Shown: positions 1-14,303 of the stretch, piece after piece
Position numbering within the stretch: the first letter of the stretch is position 1
Layout of the letters: every line of letters begins with the position of its first letter
Source: Steroidobacteraceae bacterium
GTDB lineage: Bacteria; Pseudomonadota; Gammaproteobacteria; Steroidobacterales; Steroidobacteraceae
Length of the DNA stretch: 64,000 nucleotides
NCBI GenBank assembly: GCA_049840395.1
Contig: JASGLD010000001.1
Coordinates: forward strand, 612,366-676,365
Direction: 5' to 3'
Position numbers and translations under genes: made by a program
Notes under the pieces: generated by a model
Told to the model about the DNA's origin: nothing
The model's input: the letters and a program-made list of their open reading frames with translations, nothing else
The model's database searches: none

Positions 1-1500
1 CAAGGTCTTGAAGATAAGCATGCGGCGCTGGAAGCCGAAACCGTGGAAGTGCGCGCGCGACTCAGCGATCTGGAATCGCAACGCGACACGGACATGCAGG
101 AACGCAATCGTCTGCATCGCAGCCATAGCGAATTGAAGGCGCAGTTGAGCGGCCTGCAGATGCGCGTCGAGCAATCGCGCGAGCGTTCGTTGAAGCTCAA
201 CGCCGACATCGAAGAGTTTGCCCAGGAACTGACCAGCGCTGGCGAAGAGATCGATCTCGCCCGTGGCCGCCTGCAGGAAGGCCTGGACGAAATGGAGCAG
301 CGCGAGCAGGAACGCGCCGAGCTGGAACAGCGTCGCGAAAACCTGCGCACCGAATTGTCGATGGCGCGTGGTCGCGCCCAGGATGATCGTGCCGATGCGC
401 AACAGCATGCCATTTCGCTGGAATCCAAGCGTTCCGCGTTGAATTCGATTATCTCCGGCCTGGATCGCACCCAGTCGCAACTGCAACAATTGGAAGAGCG
501 TCGCGAAGGACTGCAATTGCAATTGCTGGATGGCGAATCGCCACTGGCCATGTTCGACGAACAATTGGCGGAGCGCCTGGAGCGTCGCGCCTCGTTGGAT
601 GAAGAACTGTCTTCGGCGCGTGCCTCTGCGGATGAAGTGGAGCATCGCATTCGCGAACTCGACGAAGCGCGTCTGAGCACCGAGCGTCGTGTTGAAGTTG
701 CACGCAATGAGTTGGACGAAGTGCGCATGAACTTGCAGGAAAGCCGCGTGCGTCGCGAAACCCTGCAGGAACAATTCGTCGCTACCCAGTTCGATCTGGA
801 ACAGGTGGTCGCGCAGCTGGCGCCCGAAGCCAATATTGCCGACTGGGAACGCGAACTGGCCGAGATCAGCGGCAAGATCGAACGCCTGGGTCAAGTGAAT
901 CTGGCCGCCATCGACGAGTTCAAGGAACAGTCGGAGCGCAAAGAGTACCTCGACAGTCAGTACGCCGATCTCACCGAAGCGCTGGAGACCCTGGAAAACG
1001 CCATGCGCAAGATCGACAAGGAAACGCGCACGCGCTTCCAGGACACCTTCGATCGCGTCAATGCCGGTTTGAAAGAACGTTTCCCGCGCCTGTTCGGCGG
1101 CGGTCATGCCTATCTGGAACTGGCCGGCGAAGACGTACTCAACGCCGGTGTGGCCATCATGGCGCGCCCACCGGGCAAGCGGAACAGCACCATCAATCAG
1201 CTATCCGGTGGTGAAAAGGCGCTGACCGCCGTGGCGTTGGTGTTCTCGATTTTCGAACTCAATCCCGCGCCGTTCTGTCTGCTGGACGAAGTCGATGCGC
1301 CGCTGGACGACAACAACAACATCCGCTTCTGCGATACCGTGCGCGAGATGTCCAAGACCGTGCAGTTCATCTTCATCACCCATAACAAGGTGACCATGGA
1401 ACTGGCCGACCAGCTGATGGGCGTGACCATGCACGAAGCCGGTGTGTCGCGTCTGGTGGCGGTGGACACCGACGAAGCGGTGCGCCTTGCTGCAATGTAA
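1..1500 (+). CDS. smc: Chromosome segregation protein SMC, C-terminal part; the gene starts upstream of the window
   Basis: Long coiled-coil, then the ABC signature [13 protein letters not shown], Walker [14 protein letters not shown] and a C-terminal head domain. Conserved smc-zipA-ligA order. Confidence 0.9.
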   Translation, partial: QGLEDKHAALEAETVEVRARLSDLESQRDTDMQERNRLHRSHSELKAQLSGLQMRVEQSRERSLKLNADIEEFAQELTSAGEEIDLARGRLQEGLDEMEQREQERAELEQRRENLRTELSMARGRAQDDRADAQQHAISLESKRSALNSIISGLDRTQSQLQQLEERREGLQLQLLDGESPLAMFDEQLAERLERRASLDEELSSARASADEVEHRIRELDEARLSTERRVEVARNELDEVRMNLQESRVRRETLQEQFVATQFDLEQVVAQLAPEANIADWERELAEISGKIERLGQVNLAAIDEFKEQSERKEYLDSQYADLTEALETLENAMRKIDKETRTRFQDTFDRVNAGLKERFPRLFGGGHAYLELAGEDVLNAGVAIMARPPGKRNSTINQLSGGEKALTAVALVFSIFELNPAPFCLLDEVDAPLDDNNNIRFCDTVREMSKTVQFIFITHNKVTMELADQLMGVTMHEAGVSRLVAVDTDEAVRLAAM

Positions 1501-1653
1501 CAAGGCTGCGATGTAAATAAAGGCTGCGCTGTAGCAAGACGCGGCTGTAGGCGATGCGCTGTATTGCACCCGGGCGGTCCTGGTGCAAACCTGCAGCGCA
1601 AACGCATACACTCATGATCTGTTCATAACGCATCCATTGGTACGCAAGAGGCG

Positions 1654-5083
<3,430 letters not shown>

Positions 5084-5173
5084 TAGATTGGACCAGGGCA
5101 GGGCAGCCGTTCCGATTCAAGTCAGCTTCATCTGGCTACTCTGCTACAAGTCAGGGAAAACAGCGATAAATCT

Positions 5174-6898
5174 ATGCAGGTAATCTTGCGATTGGCTTGG
5201 TCATGCGTGTGCATGCTGATAGTGCTGTTTGCACTGTGGCTGGCGACGCCGCATATGACGGCGCAGCAGCAGTACGTCGATGGTCGTCGTGAAGCCGTAC
5301 AGTTGCCCTGGCATTTGGCCGTACCAGCCATCGGCAATCGACTCATCGTCGATCTGCAGGTGAATCGATTGACGCCTGGTCTCTGGCAGATCATCCCCGA
5401 CGACGAACTCAAAGCATTGCGCATCAACGGTCAAGAGGTGCCGCTATCCGCAGTGGGTGGTGGCCTGACCGATTGGAACAAGGGCTTTCAATTTGATTTG
5501 TCGCCCTGGCTAAAGCCCGGCAGCAATCAACTTGAATTTTCGCTGGACAATCATGGCGGCACCGGCGGGCTGATGCTGCGGCCGCATTTAAGTTTCTGGC
5601 ATTGGCTCATTATCGGCGGCAGTTTTATTCCGTGGCTATGGCTGTTGTCGCGCTGGTTAGGCTTGGGCCGTGCGCAGTTTCTGCTGTTGGCGTTGGCTTT
5701 GATTCCGCTGTGCATTTATTGGTCGGCCACACCCTGGGATGTGCGCACTCATGATGTGGTTGCCGATGGCGGGCATCTCGACTACATCCGCTATATCGCC
5801 GTCGAGCATGCACTGCCGCAGCCGAATGCCGGTTGGACCTTCTATCACCCACCTTTGTATTACTTGAGCGGTGCGGCGGTATATGCGGCAGCGATGCAGC
5901 TCAGCCTGTCCGTGTCACAGGTGTTGCAGGCTTATTCGCTGTTTCTCTGGCTGACATTTTTATGTGCCGGCGCAGCTTGTCTGCAATTGTTATTGCGCGG
6001 TAAGTCTCTGGCTTTGTTGGCCGCGACCTTGGCGCTGGCGACCTGGCCCAGCGGCATCATTCACGGCATCCGCATCGGTAACGACTTGGCGTTGTATGCG
6101 ATGGCTGGATTGGCAACCTGGCATCTGCTGCGTTGGTGGCGAACCAATCATCGCGCCAATTTGCTGTGGATGGCCGGTTTCACCGCTTTAGCCTTCCTCT
6201 GTAAGAGCAACGCCATCGTATTGTTGGCGGCGGTCGTGCTGCTGTTTGCTGCACGTACTGAACATCGCTGCCTGCGCTTGCGTCCGGTGCGAGCCAGCGA
6301 TGGCGTGTGGATGCTGGTCATCATGTTGATGGGCGTGGCACTTGGCTTGTCCACCAAGCTGTACTATCACTGGCAGGGCGATCTACCTAACTGGCTGGTG
6401 GGCAATGCCAATCAGTTAAACGACCGCTTGCGCGTGCCCGTGACGCTACAGAACTTGTTATTGCCGGATGTGAAAACTTTTTTGACGCATCCCTGGCTGG
6501 ATGCATGGGATGACGGCACAGGGCGTGGGCGTTATTGGAATTATCTGTTGCGTTCGTCGCTGTCGGGTGAATTCAAGTTCGCCGGTATTGGCGCGGAACG
6601 TATTGCTTATCTCTGGGGCGGGTTGCTGCTGGCATTGCTGGTGTTGCCCTTGCGCTCGCTGCGAGGTCTCACGATAGGCCATTGCTGGCGCAATCTTCCG
6701 TTATTGATCCTGGCTGGAGTATGGCTGGCCAGCTTGATGGCTTTGCGCATCAAGGTGCCTTATTCGTGCAGTAACGATTTCCGTTATGTTTTGCCGGTGC
6801 TAATACCGTTTCTGGTGTGGTGCGCGCGGTCCAGGTCATCGCAGGCGTTGTTGCTGGTGATGAGTTGCAGTTCGATATGGTTTTTTATGTCGATGTAG
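5174..6898 (+). CDS. Polytopic inner-membrane protein (possible GT-C/ArnT-like glycosyltransferase); function uncertain
   Basis: 574 aa with an N-terminal signal/TM, a ~130-aa periplasmic-like segment and more than 10 hydrophobic helices rich in W/L. No diagnostic motif recognised. Confidence 0.6.
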   Translation: MQVILRLAWSCVCMLIVLFALWLATPHMTAQQQYVDGRREAVQLPWHLAVPAIGNRLIVDLQVNRLTPGLWQIIPDDELKALRINGQEVPLSAVGGGLTDWNKGFQFDLSPWLKPGSNQLEFSLDNHGGTGGLMLRPHLSFWHWLIIGGSFIPWLWLLSRWLGLGRAQFLLLALALIPLCIYWSATPWDVRTHDVVADGGHLDYIRYIAVEHALPQPNAGWTFYHPPLYYLSGAAVYAAAMQLSLSVSQVLQAYSLFLWLTFLCAGAACLQLLLRGKSLALLAATLALATWPSGIIHGIRIGNDLALYAMAGLATWHLLRWWRTNHRANLLWMAGFTALAFLCKSNAIVLLAAVVLLFAARTEHRCLRLRPVRASDGVWMLVIMLMGVALGLSTKLYYHWQGDLPNWLVGNANQLNDRLRVPVTLQNLLLPDVKTFLTHPWLDAWDDGTGRGRYWNYLLRSSLSGEFKFAGIGAERIAYLWGGLLLALLVLPLRSLRGLTIGHCWRNLPLLILAGVWLASLMALRIKVPYSCSNDFRYVLPVLIPFLVWCARSRSSQALLLVMSCSSIWFFMSM

Positions 6899-6912
6899 TG
6901 TGTTGTAAGGTC

Positions 6913-7095
6913 GCCTAACAAATTGAGCGACACACTGGTAAAGCTTGCCGTCATTGGATGGCCAGATGTGTCTCCGGGACCGCCATGAATCCATCCATGG
7001 AGGCTGCGGCTCGGCTCCTGCCTCGCACGCTCCCTGCGACACATCTGGCCATCCAATGACAGCTGACACGGTATGCCGCGCTCAATTTGTTAGGC
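6913..7095. repeat. 183-bp imperfect palindrome bounded by integron-type core sites GCCTAAC ... GTTAGGC (solo attC-like element or MITE)
   Basis: Left arm GCCTAACAAATTGAGCG at 6913- pairs perfectly with CGCTCAATTTGTTAGGC ending at 7095. An inner 23-nt block GTCATTGGATGGCCAGATGTGTC is also inverted. Confidence 0.55.
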
Positions 7096-7266
7096 GATCC
7101 ATATGACTTGTGCGTCACTACCACTGCTTCTGGATGGTATGTAGTCTCCGGATAGGTAGTTGCCTTGGTTGCCGGTTGGATTTGCTGGATGTTAATTAAG
7201 TCTTGCCGCGAGCCGCCGATATACGCCGCGACCGTAGGTATTTCGTACTGAAGCCAGGTAATAAAA

Positions 7267-7812
7267 ATGAAAGGTTTGGTATTCACAGAGCTGGTCGAGT
7301 TTGTCGAACAAAGCTGCGGCATGGAAGTCGCCGACCGCATGATTTCCGAAAGCAATCTGCCTTCCGGGGGCGTGTACACCGCGGTGGGCACTTACGATCA
7401 CAAGGAAATCATCGAGCTGTTGACTACGCTGGTGAAAATCACCGGTCAGCCGCCCAATGTATTGCTCAAGGCTTTCGGCGGTCATTTGCACGGCCGGTTT
7501 GTGGCGGCCTATCCGGATTTCTTCACCCAGGCGGGCAACCTGTTCAACTTCCTGGAAAGCATCGAAGGACATATCCACGTCGAAGTACGCAAGTTATATC
7601 CGGATGCCGAGTTGCCTACTTTTAACTACGAACGTCCTGCGACGGACAAATTGGTGATGATCTATCGCTCCACCCGCGGCATGGCAGATCTGGCCGAGGG
7701 GTTGATTGAAGCGGCAGTCATGCATTTCAAAGAGCCGGTGCAGCTGTCGCGCGAAGATAAAGTTCCCGATGCGCTTTCGACCCGGTTCACCTTGCAACAG
7801 CTTAGAGCTTGA
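7267..7812 (+). CDS. hnoX: H-NOX (heme nitric oxide/oxygen-binding) sensor protein
   Basis: 181 aa. Proximal-His region [13 protein letters not shown] and the Y-x-S-x-R heme-propionate motif (IYRSTRG). Similar in pattern to Shewanella/Vibrio H-NOX. Its stop overlaps the kinase start. Confidence 0.8.
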   Translation: MKGLVFTELVEFVEQSCGMEVADRMISESNLPSGGVYTAVGTYDHKEIIELLTTLVKITGQPPNVLLKAFGGHLHGRFVAAYPDFFTQAGNLFNFLESIEGHIHVEVRKLYPDAELPTFNYERPATDKLVMIYRSTRGMADLAEGLIEAAVMHFKEPVQLSREDKVPDALSTRFTLQQLRA

Positions 7813-9938
7813 CCATGTCCGAAGCGCTTGAGCAGCGCTGGCAGCGCGAACGCCAGGCACGCAAGGAAGCAGAGCGGCTATTGGAATTGAAGAGCCGCGA
7901 ACTGTACGACTCCAACCAGAAATTACAGAAGCTGGCCGAAACGCTGTCGACGGCGCGTGAAGCGGCGGTTGCGGCCAGCGAAGCCAAGAGCAACTTCCTG
8001 GCCAACATGAGTCATGAAATCCGCACGCCCATGAACGGCGTGGTAGGCCTGGTGGAGTTGTTGCTGGACACCAAGCTCAACGACACGCAGCGCGAATATG
8101 CCGAAGGCATTCACGCCAGCGCCGATGCCTTGCTCACCATCATCAACGACATTCTCGACTTCTCCAAGATCGAAGCCGGTCGGCTCGACATCGAAACCGT
8201 GGATCTGGATCTACGCGATGTGGTGGAGCAGGTCGGTCAATTGCTGGCCTTGCAAGCGGATCGCAAGGGATTGGAATTCATCATTCGCATGATGGGTGGC
8301 GTGCCGGAGTTTCTGCGTGGCGATCCGACGCGCCTGCGCCAGGTGTTGATCAATCTCACCGGCAACGCACTCAAGTTCACCCAACAAGGTGAAGTGGTGA
8401 TCACCGTCACCACCGTTGAAGATCATGCTGAGCAGGCCACGCTCAAATTCGAGATCTCGGATACCGGCATCGGTATTTCGCCGGCGCAAATCGAAAAACT
8501 ATTTCAGCCCTTCACGCAGGCCGATAGTTCCACTACACGCCGTTATGGCGGCACGGGATTGGGACTGTCCATTGTGCGTCGTTTGATCGAAATGATGGGA
8601 GGCACCATTGGTGTCGACAGCGAACCGGGCAAGGGTTCGTGCTTTTGGTTCACGCTCAGTTTCGACAAGCGCGAAGCGCCGCCGCGTTTCGATCTGACGG
8701 TCGACAATGCCTACAAGCACTTGGTGCTGGTGGTGGACGATAACGCCACCAACCTGATGGTGATTACGGGGCAGCTGGCGGGCTTCGGCTATCGCACGGT
8801 AGCGGCTTCTACACCGCAGGAAGGTCTGGAGTATTTGCGCCGTGCGGCGCGCAGCGGCAAGCCGGTGGCGCTGGCCGTGCTGGATTTTCAGATGCCGGAT
8901 ATGGACGGCGATGGACTGGCTGCTTGCATCAAGGCCGATCCGGAGATTGCCGATACGCCGCTGGTGTTGCTGACCTCAATCACACGCCGTACCAATCGCG
9001 CCATGCTGCTGCAGAAGGGCTATGCCGGTTACCTGGTCAAGCCGGTTAAACAAAACGATTTACGCGATTGCGTCGCGATGGCGTTGAACCCGCAGGCCGC
9101 CAACTGGCACGCCAATACCAATCGACTGGTGACGCGCGAAACCGCTGCTTCAGTACGTCGTCGCGAGCAGGGCCATATCCTGGTGGCTGAGGACAACGCG
9201 GTGAATCAGCGCGTGGTGCAAGTGGTACTGGAAAAACTGGGTTATCGCGTCGACATCGTGCCCGATGGTCGTGCCTGTGTGCAGGCCTGCCAGGCCAAGC
9301 GTTATGACGCGGTGCTGATGGATTGTCAGATGCCCGAGATGGATGGCTTCGAAGCCACACGCATCATTCGTACGGCCGAAACTGCCGAGTTTCACTTGCC
9401 CATCATCGCGGTCACGGCCAATGCCTTGATCGGCGATCGCGAGCGCTGTGTTGCCGCGGGCATGGATGATTACTTGACCAAGCCCATAGATCGCGACGCG
9501 CTGCGTGTCTGTCTTGAACGCTTTGTGCATCACGGCGGCACCGTGACGCTCAAGAATCTGGTGTTGCCGCAAGTCGATCCGGGCACGCCGGTGTTCGATG
9601 TCGCAAGAATGCAGGCCGTCTGTCAGGGCGATCGCGAATTCGAAGAGGAGCTGATTCTGACGTTCAAGGCGGCGGCCACTCAGCAGCTGGAAGCCTTGCA
9701 GGACTGCGCCATCAATCAGGATTGGAGTGGTATTGCGCGTCATGCACATATGATCAAGGGCGCCGCAGCGAATATCGGTGGTGTGGCGCTGGCCGAATGT
9801 GTGCAGCAGTTGGAGGCGGTACTCAAAGAACATGCCCATGAGCGAGTGGGCATGATGACGCTGCATCTCGAAGAACAGGCGCAGCGACTATTGTCGGCGC
9901 TCGATGAGCATCTGCTTGGTGTGAAGAAAGTTGGATAA
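7809..9938 (+). CDS. Hybrid sensor histidine kinase (HisKA-HATPase-REC-REC-HPt), H-NOX-associated (HnoK-like)
   Basis: H-box [11 protein letters not shown]; N, G1 (DTGIGI) and G2 (GGTGLGLS) boxes; two receiver domains (DD...D, K motifs); C-terminal HPt ([14 protein letters not shown]). Overlaps the H-NOX gene by 4 bp. Confidence 0.88.
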   Translation: MTMSEALEQRWQRERQARKEAERLLELKSRELYDSNQKLQKLAETLSTAREAAVAASEAKSNFLANMSHEIRTPMNGVVGLVELLLDTKLNDTQREYAEGIHASADALLTIINDILDFSKIEAGRLDIETVDLDLRDVVEQVGQLLALQADRKGLEFIIRMMGGVPEFLRGDPTRLRQVLINLTGNALKFTQQGEVVITVTTVEDHAEQATLKFEISDTGIGISPAQIEKLFQPFTQADSSTTRRYGGTGLGLSIVRRLIEMMGGTIGVDSEPGKGSCFWFTLSFDKREAPPRFDLTVDNAYKHLVLVVDDNATNLMVITGQLAGFGYRTVAASTPQEGLEYLRRAARSGKPVALAVLDFQMPDMDGDGLAACIKADPEIADTPLVLLTSITRRTNRAMLLQKGYAGYLVKPVKQNDLRDCVAMALNPQAANWHANTNRLVTRETAASVRRREQGHILVAEDNAVNQRVVQVVLEKLGYRVDIVPDGRACVQACQAKRYDAVLMDCQMPEMDGFEATRIIRTAETAEFHLPIIAVTANALIGDRERCVAAGMDDYLTKPIDRDALRVCLERFVHHGGTVTLKNLVLPQVDPGTPVFDVARMQAVCQGDREFEEELILTFKAAATQQLEALQDCAINQDWSGIARHAHMIKGAAANIGGVALAECVQQLEAVLKEHAHERVGMMTLHLEEQAQRLLSALDEHLLGVKKVG

Positions 9939-9950
9939 AAGCAGTAGTTA

Positions 9951-10117
9951 AGGCTGCCCCCACCCTAACCCTCGGCAACCGCTCCCTGCGTTGCTCTACC
10001 TCCTGCATCCATGCAGTCGTCCCCCGCAAGCGAGGGAGGGGATTAGATTCCTCTCCTTATTGGCGGGGACTCGATTCCCTCCCCTGCGCAGCGGGGGAGG
10101 GTTAGGGTGGGGGCAGC
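9951..10117. repeat. MITE-like composite REP element (GGGTGGGGGC family), copy 1
   Basis: Terminal inverted repeats GGCTGCCCCCACCCTAACCCTC ... GAGGGTTAGGGTGGGGGCAGCC, with nested inner palindromes CCCCGC...GCGGGG. Confidence 0.7.
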
Positions 10118-10292
10118 CTTGTAAGTGGGTTATTTCCGTTAGCGCCGAGTTCATTGAAGAACTCTGCTTTCTCAGGTAGGAATTACCTTGAGAACACCCT
10201 ACTGAAAACCAGCGCCACAAATAACAAAACGCCGGTCATGAGACCGGCGTTTCGCAGTTGCCTAAGGTGGCGCTCAGCCGATTGGCTGGAGA

Positions 10293-11180
10293 TTACTTGG
10301 CAGCTTCGACGGAAGAAGAGGCGGCGCTGGCTGCGGCAGGCTCTTTCACTTCCACCTTGGCGCCCTTGCGCAGTTCTTCCAGGTACTTCTCGACCTTCTT
10401 GTTCTTGACGATCGATTCCACCTGGGTCTTCACATCGGCCAGAGCAGGCGGCGAGGGTGCGCGGCTTTCTTCCAGCTTGATGATGTGGAAGCCATACTGC
10501 GTCTGCACCGGCGTTTCGGTCATCTTGCCGTTTTCCAGCTGGGTCACGGCATCGCCGAATTCCTTCACCATGCTGGCGGGCGAGAACCAACCCAGGTCGC
10601 CACCGTTGGCGGCCGAGCCGGTGTCCTTGGAGTTCTTCTTGGCCAGCGCGGCGAAATCGGCGCCGCCCTTCAACTGGGCCAGCAGCGCATCGGCTTCTTC
10701 CTTGGTCTTTACCAGGATGTGACGAGCGTGATATTCGCGCGGCATGGCGGCGATCTGCGTGTCGTACTCGGCCTGGATGTCGGCATCGCTAACCGGGTTC
10801 TTATCGGTCTGCTGCTTGACGATGGCGTCGCTGAGGATGTTGTTGCGCCACAGGCTCAACTGCACGGCGGTATCGCCCTGCTTGTCCAGACCGGCCTTGG
10901 CGGCTTCGGCGGCGGCCAGGTGGATGCCGATCAGACGATCGGTGAGCTGCTTGCGCTGCTCGGCGGTCAGCTTGTCGGTGGTGACGCTGCCATTGCTGAT
11001 GGCGGTAACGAAGGCGTCGAATTCCTTGGTGGAAATCTGCTCGCCGTTAACGGTGGCGAACAATTCTTCGGGCTTCACTTCCACGCCGTTGCTCTTGGAG
11101 CAGGCGGTGGTGGTGGCAATGGCGATGGCAAGCGCGAGCGCGTAGCGGTATTTCATGTTGAGCCTTTCTTTATTGATCAA
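10293..11180 (-). CDS. PpiC/parvulin-type peptidyl-prolyl cis-trans isomerase, SurA-like lipoprotein
   Basis: Lipobox (ATTTACS), an N-terminal chaperone-like region, then a parvulin domain (HILVKT...GGDLGWF). Confidence 0.8.
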   Translation of the reverse strand: MINKERLNMKYRYALALAIAIATTTACSKSNGVEVKPEELFATVNGEQISTKEFDAFVTAISNGSVTTDKLTAEQRKQLTDRLIGIHLAAAEAAKAGLDKQGDTAVQLSLWRNNILSDAIVKQQTDKNPVSDADIQAEYDTQIAAMPREYHARHILVKTKEEADALLAQLKGGADFAALAKKNSKDTGSAANGGDLGWFSPASMVKEFGDAVTQLENGKMTETPVQTQYGFHIIKLEESRAPSPPALADVKTQVESIVKNKKVEKYLEELRKGAKVEVKEPAAASAASSSVEAAK

Positions 11181-11270
11181 GAGATTGAAACGGCAGGTGT
11201 TAAAAAATAAGTAACTGTGGCTGTAATTCGTCTGAACCGGAATCCAATTAATTCAACAATTATCGGTGGG

Positions 11271-11549
11271 CTATCCCTGCGCTTCTTCCGGCGTCAGCGC
11301 CGTGATGCTCAGAGCGTGAATATCGGTCTGCATCAATTCCCCCAGGCTGCGATATACCAGCTGGTGCCGGGCGATTGAGCGCAGCCCGGCAAATTGGGTG
11401 GAAACGATATGCACGCGATAGTGGCCGCGACCGCCCTCGGCGCCGGCGTGACCGGCATGCAGATGGCTCTCATCCTCCAGATCCAAAGCGACAGGCGTGA
11501 GTACGGTACTCAAACGCGCGCGGATCATGTCATATCGTTGTTGCAGCAT
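11271..11549 (-). CDS. BolA family transcriptional regulator
   Basis: 92 aa with BolA-like signature HLHAGHAG...HYRVHIVS.FAGL. Confidence 0.8.
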   Translation of the reverse strand: MLQQRYDMIRARLSTVLTPVALDLEDESHLHAGHAGAEGGRGHYRVHIVSTQFAGLRSIARHQLVYRSLGELMQTDIHALSITALTPEEAQG

Positions 11550-11562
11550 GGGTTAAGAGACG

Positions 11563-12132
11563 TTAATTCGGTTTGTCGCCGGAGGAGGTTGCGCCGCTTG
11601 CATCATCCTTGGGTAGTTTGCCGGACAGCCATATGCCTTGCAGGATCACGAACACCACAGTGAGCCCCAGCGTGCCGAACATCTTGAAGTTCACCCAGGT
11701 GGCTTCGTCGTAGTGATAGATCACGTACACGTTCAACGCGCCCATGAAGATGAAGAAGACGATCCACATGCGATTCAAGACGCGCCAGTGCTGCTCAGCC
11801 AACTGCAACTGCGAGCCCATCAAGCGCTGCACCAGCGTCTGACCGCCGAAGTAGGGCGCAATCAAGAAGGCCAGTGCAAACAGCCAGTCCAATACCGTCA
11901 GCTTCCATTGAATGAATGCCTTGTCATGCACCAGTAGCGTGACGCTGCCGAATACCAGCACCAGCGCCGCCGACAACAACACCATGGGGCTGACCTTGCC
12001 TTGGCGGAACCATTGCACGATCACCAGCAGCACCATGGCCACCATCAGCGTGCCCGTGGCCACATAGATGCCGCCCACCTTGTAGGCGACAAAGAAGGCC
12101 AGAACAGGCAGAAAATCTAGGAACAGCTGCAT
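11563..12132 (-). CDS. yciB: Intracellular septation protein A (YciB/IspZ); start taken at internal Met MQLFLDFLPV
   Basis: Five hydrophobic helices typical of YciB. The long ORF (to 12261) has an implausible R/P-rich leader. Confidence 0.75.
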   Translation of the reverse strand: MQLFLDFLPVLAFFVAYKVGGIYVATGTLMVAMVLLVIVQWFRQGKVSPMVLLSAALVLVFGSVTLLVHDKAFIQWKLTVLDWLFALAFLIAPYFGGQTLVQRLMGSQLQLAEQHWRVLNRMWIVFFIFMGALNVYVIYHYDEATWVNFKMFGTLGLTVVFVILQGIWLSGKLPKDDASGATSSGDKPN

Positions 12133-12250
12133 GAATGACTGCACGGTCGAAGTTGAAGGCCGCGTATCATACGTCAAGCGCCACGCGGCTGCGCCCCCCG
12201 ACCTGGGTGATGCCGGATAGCGACGACCATACGGAAAAAACCGCCGCAAA

Positions 12251-12874
12251 ATGCCCAGCATCTACTTAGACATTCACCCCAAGAACCCGCAGCCGCGCCT
12301 GATTCGTCAGGCGGTGGATATCATTCGCGAAGGCGGTGTGGTGGTGTATCCCACCGACTCCTGCTATGCCCTGGGTTGCCACATCGGCGACAAGGACGCC
12401 ATGGAGCGCATCGGCCGCATTCGCGACATCGATAAACACCATCATTTCACCCTGGTGTGCCGCGATCTGTCCGAAATCGCCACCTACGCCAAGGTCAGCA
12501 ACCAGAACTACCGCCTGTTGAAAGCGCATACCCCGGGCGCCTACACCTTCATCCTGCTGGCCAGCCGCGAGACACCCAAACGCCTGCAGCACGAGCGGCG
12601 GCGCACCATCGGTATCCGTATTCCCGACCACCCCGTGCCGCAGGCCCTGTTGGCTGAGCTCAACGAGCCCCTGCTGAGTTCCACGCTGCTGCTGCCCGGC
12701 GACGACCTGCCCATGACCGACGCCCGGGAGATCCAGGAACGCCTGAAGCACCAGGTGGACGCCGTCCTGGATGGCGGTAATTGTGGTTTTGAGCCCACCA
12801 CGGTGGTGGATCTGGAAGGTCCGGCTCCGGTAATCATGCGGCAGGGACGGGGCGATCCCGACCCATTTACCTGA
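12251..12874 (+). CDS. yciO: YrdC/Sua5-family L-threonylcarbamoyladenylate synthase-like protein (YciO-type)
   Basis: 207 aa with a YrdC fold only. The synteny with trpS and rluB resembles E. coli yciO. Confidence 0.7.
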   Translation: MPSIYLDIHPKNPQPRLIRQAVDIIREGGVVVYPTDSCYALGCHIGDKDAMERIGRIRDIDKHHHFTLVCRDLSEIATYAKVSNQNYRLLKAHTPGAYTFILLASRETPKRLQHERRRTIGIRIPDHPVPQALLAELNEPLLSSTLLLPGDDLPMTDAREIQERLKHQVDAVLDGGNCGFEPTTVVDLEGPAPVIMRQGRGDPDPFT

Positions 12875-12939
12875 CAGTGGATTTGCCGTGCCCCGGGCGA
12901 ATCGAACCCCTATAATCGCCCGCTCCAAAATTTCCGAAC

Positions 12940-14205
12940 ATGAAAGGATGCGGCCGGGTGGCTTCCAACCCCGCCAGCCGCAAGGGTCAAGCTTTGAGTT
13001 CACCTAACGCGAACAATCGAATCCTGTCGGGTATGCGGCCTTCAGGCGAGCTGCACTTGGGCAATTACCATGGCGCGCTCAAGAACTGGGTCGATCTGCA
13101 GTACCAGTACGAATGCTACTTCTTCGTCGCCGATATTCACGCGCTGACCACCGGCTATGAAGACACCACCCAGTTGGAGTCGCGGGTGTGGCAGATGGTG
13201 GTCGACTGGCTGGCGGCCGGCTTGAATCCAGCGGCCTGTACCATCTTCATTCAATCGCGCGTGCCCGAGCACTCCGAGTTGCACCTGTTGCTGTCCATGG
13301 TGACGCCGCTCAGCTGGTTGGAACGCGTGCCCACTTATAAAGATCAGCAGGAGCAGCTGAAGGATAAGGACCTGGCCACCTATGGCTTCCTGGGTTATCC
13401 ATTGCTGCAGAGCGCGGACATCCTGCTGTACAAGCCCGAGTTCGTACCGGTGGGCGAAGACCAGGTGGCGCATGTGGAAATCACCCGCGAAGTGGCGCGG
13501 CGTTTCAATTTCCTGTTCGGTCGCGAAACCGATTTCGAAACCAAGGTCGACAAGGCCTTGAAGACGCTGGGCTCGCGCGCCAAGCAATACCGCGAACTGC
13601 GTAAAGCCTTTCAGGAGCAGGGCAATGCCGAAGCACTGGCCAAGGCGCAGGCGCTGCTGGAAGACAACAATCGCATTACGCTGGCCGATCGCGAGCGCCT
13701 GCTGGGTTATCTGGAAGGCACGGGTCGCAGCATTTTGATCGAGCCGCAGGCCTTGTTGACCGCCACGCCCAAGGTGCCGGGTCTGGACGGTCGTAAGATG
13801 TCCAAGTCCTACGGCAACACCATCGGTCTGCGCGAAGATCCGGACAGCGTCGCCAAGAAAATGCGCGCGATGCAAACCGACCCGGCACGCGTGCGTCGTA
13901 CCGATCCCGGTAATCCGGACAAATGCCCGGTGTGGGATCTGCACAAGATTTATTCGGACGATGCCACCAAGGAATGGGTGCAGAACGGTTGTCGTTCTGC
14001 CGGCATCGGCTGCCTTGATTGCAAGAAACCGCTGATCGACAAGGTGGTGACTGAAATCAGCGCCATACGGACACGCGCCCAGGAATACGAAGAGAATGCC
14101 GATCTGGTGCGGGGGATCATTGCTGAAGGTTGTGAAAAGGCCCGCGATGTCGCCCGCCAGACGCTCGACGATGTGCGCCAGGCCATCGGCATGAATTACC
14201 GGTAG
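12940..14205 (+). CDS. trpS: Tryptophan--tRNA ligase (long form); probable true start near 13033
   Basis: Class I HIGH motif (GELHLGNYHG) and KMSKS motif (KMSKSYGN). Confidence 0.88.
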   Translation: MKGCGRVASNPASRKGQALSSPNANNRILSGMRPSGELHLGNYHGALKNWVDLQYQYECYFFVADIHALTTGYEDTTQLESRVWQMVVDWLAAGLNPAACTIFIQSRVPEHSELHLLLSMVTPLSWLERVPTYKDQQEQLKDKDLATYGFLGYPLLQSADILLYKPEFVPVGEDQVAHVEITREVARRFNFLFGRETDFETKVDKALKTLGSRAKQYRELRKAFQEQGNAEALAKAQALLEDNNRITLADRERLLGYLEGTGRSILIEPQALLTATPKVPGLDGRKMSKSYGNTIGLREDPDSVAKKMRAMQTDPARVRRTDPGNPDKCPVWDLHKIYSDDATKEWVQNGCRSAGIGCLDCKKPLIDKVVTEISAIRTRAQEYEENADLVRGIIAEGCEKARDVARQTLDDVRQAIGMNYR

Positions 14206-14210
14206 GTGAC

Positions 14211-14285
14211 GTAGGTTGGGCTGAGTCCGCGAAGCCCAACGTTGGGGACGTTTCAATATTTGTTGGGCAGGACAGCCCAACCTAC
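14211..14285. repeat. REP-like palindrome (GTAGGTTGGGCTG...CAGCCCAACCTAC)
   Basis: A 13-nt inverted repeat flanks a ~45-bp spacer directly after the trpS stop. It is a likely terminator/REP. Confidence 0.6.
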
Positions 14286-14303
14286 GAGATCTGACGAAAA
14301 CGA

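Noticed and set aside
1501-1653. Tandem GCTGCG/CTGTAG-rich motifs in the smc-zipA intergenic region as a regulatory repeat
   Set aside because: Only short, irregular reiterations (AAGGCTGCGATGTAA / AAGGCTGCGCTGTAG / GCGGCTGTAGG). This is insufficient to call a binding-site array without comparative data.
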